Source: Candidatus Saccharimonadota bacterium (lineage in GTDB: Bacteria > Bacteroidota > Bacteroidia > Cytophagales > Amoebophilaceae). Taken from it: a stretch of DNA of 32,000 bases. The notes below the pieces were generated by a model. It was not told the origin of the DNA, searched no databases, and saw only the letters and a list, made by a program, of their open reading frames with translations. Made by a program: the position numbers and the translations under genes. Position 1 is the first letter of the stretch, and every line of letters begins with the position of its first letter. Positions 9,287 through 16,630 of this stretch are shown here, piece by piece. The stretch covers positions 990,001 to 1,022,000 of the forward strand of contig NZ_CP022339.1 in the NCBI RefSeq assembly GCF_003351905.1, written 5' to 3'.

Positions 9287-10294
9287 ATGACCATGCAATG
9301 GACCATATCAGAATTGACCGATCGGTTTAACGGAAAATGCTTAGCCGGTAGTTCAGAGACCACTTTGACCCATCTCTGTACATTAGACGATGGATCACCC
9401 GGAGGGATTGGTTTTTTTTCCGATGCCAGATATACCGCTGCTTTTTACCGGACCCAGGCCTCTGCTGTTTTGGTAGCTAAAGATTTTACACCCGTTGCAC
9501 CAGTAGCAGTGGCTTTGATCGGCGTCGAAGATCCATATGGCACTTTTTGCTTGCTTATCGAGGAAGTGCAGCAGCAAAGAATGACTATGCAGTCCTGTAT
9601 AGAATTTCCCTCTTATATAGGCAACGCAGTTCAGGTAGGAGCGAATATTTATCGAGGTGCTTTTTCCTATATTGGCCACCATGTGGTCATAGGCAAAGGG
9701 GTCAAACTGTATCCACATGTTTATGTGGGCGACCATGTAACCATTGGAGACCATACCGTACTCTATAGTGGGGCTAAAATAGCTGCCTATACGGAAATAG
9801 GTAGCCGATGTGTCATCCATGCTGGTGCCGTAGTGGGTAGTGCGGGCTTTGGTTTTTTAACCCATCCAGATGGCAGCTACAAAGCGATCCCTTCGGTTGG
9901 TAAGGTACGCTTAGAGGATGATGTAGAAATTGGAGCCAATACCACCATAGATGCGGCTACGGTAGGTAGCACCCTAATAGGCAAAGGAACGAAAATAGAC
10001 AACCTCGTCCAGGTCGCTCATAATGTGCAAATCGGCAAGCATACCGGTATTGCGTCACAGGTAGGGATTGCTGGATCCACTAAAATAGGTGATTATGGTC
10101 GATTGGGTGGGCAAACAGGTATTGCCGGCCACCTTCATTTAGGCGATCATATCACAGCCATTGGCAGGGCTGGTATTACCCGCTCTTTTCCAAAAGGCCA
10201 TATTACCCTTTCCGGTACACCTGCTTTTGAACATAAAAAATTCTTAGCTTGCTATGCGCGATTTAAAAAGCTGGCACCAGAAAGAAAAACGTAA
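9287..10294 (+). CDS. lpxD: UDP-3-O-acylglucosamine N-acyltransferase LpxD
   Basis: 335 aa with an N-terminal LpxD-type domain followed by a long run of hexapeptide repeats forming a left-handed beta-helix (e.g. VQVAHNVQIGKHTGIASQVGIAGSTKIG). It sits in lipid A gene context. Confidence 0.92.
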   Translation: MTMQWTISELTDRFNGKCLAGSSETTLTHLCTLDDGSPGGIGFFSDARYTAAFYRTQASAVLVAKDFTPVAPVAVALIGVEDPYGTFCLLIEEVQQQRMTMQSCIEFPSYIGNAVQVGANIYRGAFSYIGHHVVIGKGVKLYPHVYVGDHVTIGDHTVLYSGAKIAAYTEIGSRCVIHAGAVVGSAGFGFLTHPDGSYKAIPSVGKVRLEDDVEIGANTTIDAATVGSTLIGKGTKIDNLVQVAHNVQIGKHTGIASQVGIAGSTKIGDYGRLGGQTGIAGHLHLGDHITAIGRAGITRSFPKGHITLSGTPAFEHKKFLACYARFKKLAPERKT

Positions 10295-10715
10295 GGCCCT
10301 CTGCAGTTTTGCTGATCAAGGCAATGATGGTTTTACTCCTTTGCATCTGGCAGTTGAACGTGGTATTGACTCAGCAATGGCTGCCTTATTAGGATTTACT
10401 AACTTAGGTATTGATGTTAATGCACAAAGTAAAGACCATCGAACTCCTTTGCATATAGCATCTTACAATGGAAATGTAAAAATGGTTCAGGAATTACTGA
10501 AGATAGGAGATATTAATGTCAATCTACAAGAGTGTCGCGGCTGGACCCCTGCGCATTTGGCCGTTTATCAGAGCCATATAGAAGTAGTGCAAGCATTGCT
10601 GCAATCAGGAAAAATTGATCTCTATAAAAAAAATGCAAATGGCCATACTGTTATAGACCTAGCGAAGATACAAAATAATCGAGAGCTATTAAAAATGATT
10701 TATAATTTTACTTAG
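10254..10715 (+). CDS. Ankyrin-repeat protein (short, about 4 repeats)
   Basis: ANK consensus recurs: GFTPLHLAVERG, RTPLHIASYNGNVKMVQELL, GWTPAHLAVYQSHIEVVQALL and GHTVIDLAK. The only upstream ATG lies inside the lpxD 3' end, giving a 41-nt overlap in the +1 frame. Confidence 0.8.
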   Translation: MRDLKSWHQKEKRKALCSFADQGNDGFTPLHLAVERGIDSAMAALLGFTNLGIDVNAQSKDHRTPLHIASYNGNVKMVQELLKIGDINVNLQECRGWTPAHLAVYQSHIEVVQALLQSGKIDLYKKNANGHTVIDLAKIQNNRELLKMIYNFT

Positions 10716-10787
10716 TATTATAGTCACGTAACCCAAAAAGAGGCAATACATACCTGATAAAAAATGTGTCTTGTAAAAAGTGGAAAA

Positions 10788-10826
10788 ATTGATAGGTATG
10801 GATTTTATAAATCCATACCTATCAAT
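10788..10826. terminator. 18-bp perfect hairpin at a convergent junction (probable bidirectional terminator)
   Basis: attgataggtatggattt-tat-aaatccatacctatcaat. On the - strand it is followed by TTTTCCACTTTTT. It abuts the stop codon of the Rpn gene. Confidence 0.5.
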
Positions 10827-11785
10827 CATATAAGTTGCTCAATATGAGAAGAAGATAAGCCAGTAAGAAGGACAATGTCATCTATAGGATATCCTTTTTG
10901 AAGCATAACTTGAGCGATTTCTATCTTACCCTCTATCTTACCCTCTATCTTACCCTCTATCTTACCCTCTATCTTACCCTCTATCTTACCCTCTATCTTA
11001 CCTTCTATTTTACCCTCTTTTCTAGCTTGGTTTTTCATATAGTCTTCTACTGCTTGATTATCCATGATACGCTTGATCTCTTGTTCATAGGTAAGTAATT
11101 CCATTTCTGACCAGTTAAACCGATTTAAAGCTTCATAAGCGCGCTGAATAACCAAATCAGAATCTAGTATCTTGCTAACATCTTTTTCACTCGTAGAGGA
11201 AGCATAACGAAAAAAGTAACACCACTTCTCTACCATGGTGGAGAGGTCTTCTATAGCGGTAATCTTAAATTTGGGTAGTTCTATAAAAGTAAAAGAGAAA
11301 TCTTGTAGATCATGCGTGTAGGTATTAGCGTCTAAAATGATATGATTGGATAGGTAGTCTTTTTTGTCAGGAAAAACAATATAATCTGTAATAGCGATAA
11401 AAATAACTGCTTTAAGATCTTGATATCTAGCGCCTATTTCTTGCCCTGCATTGAGCTGTCTGGAATAGGCTTTTGCAGCATAATACTGTGCCCTTTTTTC
11501 AAAGCCCTCTCGGGGAGCGACTTGCATCTCTACGATGATTTGCTTGCCATATTGGTCTGTGCATAGTACATCTACTATACTTTCTTTTTTGCAAGCAATA
11601 TCCGGATCCTGAATTGTAGAAAGAAAAGTTACTTCTTTTACTTTATCTGGACCATGTAGATCCAGCACATCATTGATAAAGTGAATAAGAATATCTTTAT
11701 GCTTTTCACTACCAAATATCTTGCGAAAAGCTACGTCGTTCTTCGGATTTAAAAACTTTGAGGTCACCATAGGGGTATATAACAT
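10826..11785 (-). CDS. Rpn-family recombination-promoting nuclease / putative transposase (PD-(D/E)XK)
   Basis: The N-terminus LNPKNDVAFRKIFGSEKHKDILIHFINDVL is typical of the family. The putative catalytic pattern is D (IVDVLCTD) ... E-x-Q (IIVEMQ). The C-terminal helix region ends in TGLS...IEQLI. Confidence 0.85.
   Translation of the reverse strand: MLYTPMVTSKFLNPKNDVAFRKIFGSEKHKDILIHFINDVLDLHGPDKVKEVTFLSTIQDPDIACKKESIVDVLCTDQYGKQIIVEMQVAPREGFEKRAQYYAAKAYSRQLNAGQEIGARYQDLKAVIFIAITDYIVFPDKKDYLSNHIILDANTYTHDLQDFSFTFIELPKFKITAIEDLSTMVEKWCYFFRYASSTSEKDVSKILDSDLVIQRAYEALNRFNWSEMELLTYEQEIKRIMDNQAVEDYMKNQARKEGKIEGKIEGKIEGKIEGKIEGKIEGKIEGKIEIAQVMLQKGYPIDDIVLLTGLSSSHIEQLI
10921..11016 (-). repeat. 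12-bp tandem repeat x8 (in-frame, encodes GKIE x8)
   Basis: The unit is ctatcttaccct: six perfect copies at 10921-10992 and two one-mismatch copies up to 11016. It lies inside the Rpn CDS. Confidence 0.95.
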
Positions 11786-12119
11786 CTATCTTTAATATAG
11801 TAACTTTTTATGGTATAGCAAGAATCTATTGGTTGAAATGGGTGAAAATTTGCTTTAATAAATCAATGTACTATCTATCATTATAAATGAATCATCTTGA
11901 CTTATATTCGGATGATCTTTCATCAAAGTATCAAGTTATTTTTTTAATTGAAAGTAATTAAAAAATAAATATACATGTTTTAGAACAGAGGAAACCGAGT
12001 CATACCACCAAATATCTTTTTATAGTTGTTTTAAATTAGATTGTATTGATTGTGATGGTTTATTAATATAAATACCTTAAATTCACCCCATGGTACACTA
12101 GATGTGTTGGATGGGGTAA

Positions 12120-12567
12120 TGGAAACATGTTCAGACCATTGAGCCACTGATCGACCCTACAACTAACTATCTTGATTCTGATTACATTTGCTCAATAGAC
12201 TTGACTATATCTTTTACTTTTAATAAACTCTATTGGAGAAACATCACTCAAATCCATTCCGTATGATACGATAGAAAACATACTACTCTTTTTAGATCAA
12301 ATAGCCTATTAACATGGAAGAGTAGTAGTCCATGGAGTTGATAAAGTTACCCATATGGATGGTATAGAATAGAAAAAGATAGCAATAGAAAATAAACAAA
12401 AAATAGCTGATTATAAAGATGTCAGAGTTATTTTGGTTAAATTAGTGGATCGGTTGTATAACCTAAAAACCGCTGACGTGTATGCATTGGAAAAACAAAA
12501 AAGAATAGTTGAAGAAACATTGATTTTTACATCCCATTGGGATAAATGGTTAAGTTGGGTGTTGTAA
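12120..12567 (+). pseudogene. Relic of the relA/spoT HD (ppGpp hydrolase) domain
   Basis: The frame of 12241 translates to [102 protein letters not shown]. This parallels SpoT ...LLHDVIEDT..FG..V..LVEGVSKL...QAENFRKM...DIRVILIKLADRxHNMRTL...IAxETLEIYSPLAHRLG. In-frame stops are present. An upstream frame-shifted KHVQTIEPLIDP resembles H.GQ.R.SGEPYI.HP. The synthetase, TGS and ACT regions are absent. Confidence 0.55.
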
Positions 12568-12789
12568 GTTGAATAGTTAATGAAATGCACACAGTTTATC
12601 AAACCATTATCACTAAATGTACATATAACATGAAGTAATACCTAGTATGATTCCTGTTGCTGTACACGTAATAGTGGCAACGAAAAATATCCATACTACG
12701 TCGCAATATATGCATAGTTATCTGGTAGTGCCATGAACCAGTGTACCTGTGTAAAAAGTGGTATACAATTTTCTAAACAAATCTTTACC

Positions 12790-14202
12790 ATGCATCACCA
12801 ACAACAGACCATTCAACATATTGTTCGCTTTGAAGGCATTGGGCTGCATACCGGTAAAAAGGTTAAGGTTACCTTAACCCCTATGCCCATGGATACAGGT
12901 ATACAATTTCAACGAGTAGATCTACCTGATCAGCCTTGTATAGAGGCATCTGTAGCTTATGTGGTGGGAACAGAAAGGGGTACAGTGCTGGCAAAAGAGC
13001 AAGCACGGGTAGCTACAGTAGAACATTTATTGGCCGCTATTGTAGGGCTGGAGATAGATAATATTTGTGTACAATTAGATGGGCCAGAAGTCCCAGATCT
13101 AGATGGAAGTGCCTTGGCTTTTGTGGAGCTGCTATTAGAGGCAGGGCGGCTGCAACAGGAAGCGCCCCGAACCTTTTTTAGCCTTAAGAAAAAGTTTGTC
13201 TATGATGACCCTGATACCGGTAGCCATTATGAAGTTTATCCTGATACCAATTATAGCTTGCAGGTAACCCTTGCCTACAATAGATGGCCAATAGGCCATC
13301 AATATGCACACCTAGCTACATTAGTCCATTTTAAAGAAGAGATTGCCGCTGCCCGCACCTTTACCTATTTAGATGAAGTAGTTGCCTTGTATCGCAAGGG
13401 ACTGCTACAGGGGGGAGATCCTGCCAAAGCAGTTATTTTTTCTGAGCATAGTGATAACACAGAGTGTTTGCAACAGGTCGCCCAGTTATCTGGTAAGAAA
13501 ATTGAAAGTTTGGTCCTACCTACCAATCCATCTTCCTTGCGTTATATTAATGAACCAGCACGTCATAAACTATTGGACCTAATCGGTGACGTAGCCTTAT
13601 TGGGTAGGCCTTTACAAGGGAAACTGATTGCCCATATGCCTGGGCATGGGGCTAATATACCTTTTGTGGCTGCTTTGCAAAAGCATTTGCTTAGGCAAGA
13701 AGCCAAAGGAGCTCCCATCTGTGACCTAGAGGCTCCACCCCTGTTCGATGTAAAGCAGATCAGTAGCATGCTACCCCATCGTTATCCCTTTCAATTGGTA
13801 GATAAAATTATGGAGCTAGGTTCTTCCCATGTAATTGGGGTTAAAAACGTAACGATGAATGAGCCCTTTTTTCAAGGCCATTTTCCTGGTACCCCTGTTA
13901 TGCCTGGCGTTCTACAGGTAGAGGCATTGGCACAGACCGGTGGCCTATTGGTATTGCATAAGGTACCGGACCCAGCGGAATATTTAACTTATTTTCTCTC
14001 TATTGATGGGTGTAAATTCCGTCGTATGGTCGTGCCTGGAGATACCCTGGTATTACATTGTGTACTGCTTTCAGCTATTAAATTTAGTACTACTGAAAAG
14101 CAGTCTATAGGGATCGCAAAGGTAAAAGGTCGTATTTTTGTAGGTGAACATTTGGTGTGCGAAGCAGTCTTATTGGCTCAAATTGTGAAGCAACATGAAT
14201 GA
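12790..14202 (+). CDS. lpxC/fabZ: Bifunctional UDP-3-O-acyl-GlcNAc deacetylase / 3-hydroxyacyl-ACP dehydratase (LpxC-FabZ fusion)
   Basis: The N-terminal half is LpxC-like ([20 protein letters not shown]). The C-terminal half is a FabZ hot-dog domain ([36 protein letters not shown]). The ATG at 12790 fits homologue N-termini; the ORF-track start at 12733 is an alternative. Confidence 0.93.
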   Translation: MHHQQQTIQHIVRFEGIGLHTGKKVKVTLTPMPMDTGIQFQRVDLPDQPCIEASVAYVVGTERGTVLAKEQARVATVEHLLAAIVGLEIDNICVQLDGPEVPDLDGSALAFVELLLEAGRLQQEAPRTFFSLKKKFVYDDPDTGSHYEVYPDTNYSLQVTLAYNRWPIGHQYAHLATLVHFKEEIAAARTFTYLDEVVALYRKGLLQGGDPAKAVIFSEHSDNTECLQQVAQLSGKKIESLVLPTNPSSLRYINEPARHKLLDLIGDVALLGRPLQGKLIAHMPGHGANIPFVAALQKHLLRQEAKGAPICDLEAPPLFDVKQISSMLPHRYPFQLVDKIMELGSSHVIGVKNVTMNEPFFQGHFPGTPVMPGVLQVEALAQTGGLLVLHKVPDPAEYLTYFLSIDGCKFRRMVVPGDTLVLHCVLLSAIKFSTTEKQSIGIAKVKGRIFVGEHLVCEAVLLAQIVKQHE

Positions 14203-14959
14203 TATCCATCCCGGTGCTACGCTGGGTCAAGCAGTAACCATAGGCAGTTTTGTAACCATTCAGGAAGATGTAGTCATAGGTGAGGGCACCTATATAGCGC
14301 CTCATGTGACCATTATGTCCGGAAGCCGTATTGGCAAAAACTGTCAGATTTTTTCAGGTGCCGTCATTGGCGCGGTTGCGCAAGATCGCAAGTCAGCTGC
14401 CTTAAATACCTATGTAGAAATTGGAGATCATACTGTTATACGTGAATTTGTTACCATTAATAGAGGCACTGTTGGCAATACCGTTGTAGGGTCTTATGTA
14501 TTGCTTATGGCCTATGTACATGTGGCCCATGATTGTATCATTGAAGATCATGTGACCGTTACAAATGCCGTGCAATTAGCCGGCCATGTACAGCTGTACC
14601 ACCATGCAGTAATAGGCGGTATGGCAGCTGTGCATCAGTTCATGCGCGTAGGAGCCTATAGTATGGTCGCTTCTAAAAGTATTGTGCGTAAAGATGTGCC
14701 CCCTTTTATTAAAGTAGCAAGAGAACCATTGTGCTATTGTGGCATCAACCTCGTCGCATTACAACGCCATGGCTTTACTAAAGAGCAGTGGAATAGCATA
14801 TGCCATAGCTATCTTTTGATTTATCAAAGTCAATTATTACTACCTTTGGCATTAGAAGAGGTCGAGCAACGGGTTGACCATACGCAAGAAAAAGAAATGA
14901 TCCTCTCTTTTATACGTAGCAGCCATAGAGGTATTGTGAAAAAAATAATACCTATGTAA
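14195..14959 (+). CDS. lpxA: Acyl-ACP--UDP-GlcNAc O-acyltransferase LpxA
   Basis: 254 aa with hexapeptide-repeat N-terminal two-thirds and a helical C-terminal domain. It overlaps the fabZ end by 8 nt, consistent with translational coupling. Confidence 0.93.
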   Translation: MNDIHPGATLGQAVTIGSFVTIQEDVVIGEGTYIAPHVTIMSGSRIGKNCQIFSGAVIGAVAQDRKSAALNTYVEIGDHTVIREFVTINRGTVGNTVVGSYVLLMAYVHVAHDCIIEDHVTVTNAVQLAGHVQLYHHAVIGGMAAVHQFMRVGAYSMVASKSIVRKDVPPFIKVAREPLCYCGINLVALQRHGFTKEQWNSICHSYLLIYQSQLLLPLALEEVEQRVDHTQEKEMILSFIRSSHRGIVKKIIPM

Positions 14960-14965
14960 GTAGGG

Positions 14966-15187
14966 TATTTTATCTCACTTTTTTCTTGATAAAAAAGTGG
15001 ACAAAAAATCAAGCCCTCGGTAAAAAGTCGCTGAAAGTGACATCTTACAGATGGGAAAACAGTTCCCTTTGGGGGCTTCAAAGGAAACTATTTTCCTAAT
15101 CATTTGTAAGCGGCTACTTTCTACACCCCGACCTTTTACAGAAGCGTTGTTCTTTTAACGCAAAAAACCATTGCGCTGAACACATAG
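14966..15187 (+). repeat. Copy A of the ~225-nt structured intergenic repeat
   Basis: Shares long identical blocks with 23758-23975 and 29100-29327: cacttttttcttgataaaaaagtggacaaaaaatcaagccctcggtaaaaag, gctgaaagtg, acagatgg, ggcttcaaaggaaact, ctttctacacc and ttaacgcaaaaaacca. It lies between the lpxA stop and the stop of the - strand ankyrin gene. Confidence 0.85.
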
Positions 15188-15222
15188 ATAGAATTTAAAA
15201 ACTCAAAAAATAATTTACATAC

Positions 15223-16002
15223 TTAATTAGGCAGAGCCTCTTCCAAGAGAGCCACTATTCCCTGGCGACCAAGGCGTTCTGCAACATCTATAGGTGTTTC
15301 ATTATTTTTATTTGCTTTGATATTAGCGCCTGCCTTCAATAATATTTTAACCATTTTTTGAGCTTTTTCTTCATTGTCTAAAGCTACTGCATCGAATAAA
15401 GCATTATTTCCCAAGTTATCTGATGCATTCACGTTAGCTCCATGGTCCAATAACACTTCAGTAATTTTTAGAAATCCTTTCTTTATTGAAAGAAATAAAG
15501 GGAATAATAATTTATCATTGTCAGTTTTACATGTTGATATATTAACATCACACTTAAGGTTAAAGCTTGTATTTATATAATCTTTACTATAACTGCATAA
15601 CTTGAGTAACGTTTTGACGAGTGGTATGGAACCCGAATTTATTGCATTAAGCAAGTCCATAGGATTATCCTGACAAGGAACACCCTTCATGACAGCTTCA
15701 AAAAACTTTTCTTCAAACCAATGGGGTATAGATTCTTTACCCATCATTCTTGGAAGCGCTTTTTGAATTGCTGAGGCATTCTTAATAATTATATTGAGTG
15801 TCAAATCATTTTGAGAAACGTTTAAAAGGTTATAGATTATTGTGAGAGGAGGTTGAGTAAAGATATGATCTGGATCCATATCCTGCTCTTTGTTTGTAAT
15901 TTCACTTTCCCCATGTTGGATTGTCTCGCCTCCCAACATACCAGACCTTCCTAGCCCATTACAAGATGTAATTAGTGGCAATAAAATTAAATATTTTTTC
16001 AT
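15223..16002 (-). CDS. Ankyrin-repeat lipoprotein
   Basis: The signal peptide has a lipobox (MKKYLILLPLITSC). C-terminal ANK repeats are present (LFPLFLSIKKGFLKITEVLLDHGANVNASDNLGNNALFDAV..., KILLKAGANIKANKNNETPIDVAERLG). Confidence 0.8.
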   Translation of the reverse strand: MKKYLILLPLITSCNGLGRSGMLGGETIQHGESEITNKEQDMDPDHIFTQPPLTIIYNLLNVSQNDLTLNIIIKNASAIQKALPRMMGKESIPHWFEEKFFEAVMKGVPCQDNPMDLLNAINSGSIPLVKTLLKLCSYSKDYINTSFNLKCDVNISTCKTDNDKLLFPLFLSIKKGFLKITEVLLDHGANVNASDNLGNNALFDAVALDNEEKAQKMVKILLKAGANIKANKNNETPIDVAERLGRQGIVALLEEALPN

Positions 16003-16194
16003 GGTGAATAAAAGTTTGATAATAATTGATAGTTAAATATAAATGATCTGTTCGCGCAGAAATAAGATAAATGATTATCCCTTTAATAGATTAAAAATTT
16101 TTTTATCAAAAGGCAAATAACTTTTACCTCCCATCTACTCAATTTATATCTGCCTATTTTTCGCCTCTAGATTTTTGATCTGTTTTTTTGTAAA

Positions 16195-16345
16195 TCTGGG
16201 TCAGTTTATTATTGCATTCTTTAACCCTTATTAATGAATGGCGCAACTGTCTTCCTCAATTGGTTTATCCGATCGTTTTCATGGATGGAATGTGCTTTAA
16301 GGTAAAGGAAGTTGTGTAAGCAAATGTATGTATACCCTATAAAGT
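16195..16345 (+). mobile_element. Relic of an IS256/mutator-type transposase gene
   Basis: Translation VSLLLHSLTLINEWRNCLPQLVYPIVFMDGMCFKVKEVV* matches the IS256 transposase core pattern ..EWQNRPL...YPIVFLDAIHFKVRE... It is interrupted by a stop. No intact ORF and no terminal repeats were recognised. Confidence 0.5.
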
Positions 16346-16630
16346 CCCTCACCCTACGCCAATAAGACCTATAAAGATTCCAGTAGATTACTAGCATAGT
16401 ATAGCGTTCTATCTATTTTTTCTTATTTCATATTGCCCAAAGGCTGAATAGTAGCCCGTAAGAATGCCTTGTCAGTTGTTTATTACAGTAAAATAAATTA
16501 AATTGGCCGCTGATTGTTATCGATTTATTTGTATAACTTTATTCGATAGCGCCTATTAGTACCTTGGGTAGCCTGTTGTGGTTAGGCTTTGCATATACTT
16601 TTTAAGGTTTAAAATTATAAACAATTCATT

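Noticed and set aside
10750-10790. Possible fourth, degenerate fragment of the structured repeat (ctgataaaaaatgtg / cttgtaaaaagtggaaaaa resembles cttgataaaaaagtggacaaaaaa)
   Set aside because: Only about 20 nt of A-rich, low-complexity similarity. None of the other blocks are present, so chance resemblance cannot be excluded without a statistical search.
10921-11016. Possible CRISPR array or regulatory iteron
   Set aside because: The units are contiguous 12-mers with no spacers. They lie in frame within a CDS, so this is a coding microsatellite and not a CRISPR array.
10898-11098. 66-aa ORF reading LTLYLTLY... on the + strand
   Set aside because: It is the antisense reading of the 12-bp repeat inside the Rpn gene. 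The - strand frame continues a full-length homologous protein.
12411-12602. 63-aa - strand ORF
   Set aside because: It lies antisense to the relA/spoT relic in AT-rich decayed DNA, and I recognise no motif.
14830-15081. 83-aa - strand ORF, and the 110-aa + strand ORF at 29043-29375
   Set aside because: Both run across copies of the intergenic repeat. The reading frames are not conserved in the other copies because indels and stops differ, so the repeat is noncoding.
16340-16630. Possible riboswitch or leader upstream of the peptide transporter operon
   Set aside because: Only short 5-bp inverted repeats were seen. I recognise no conserved riboswitch core sequence, and part of the region may be further IS256 debris.
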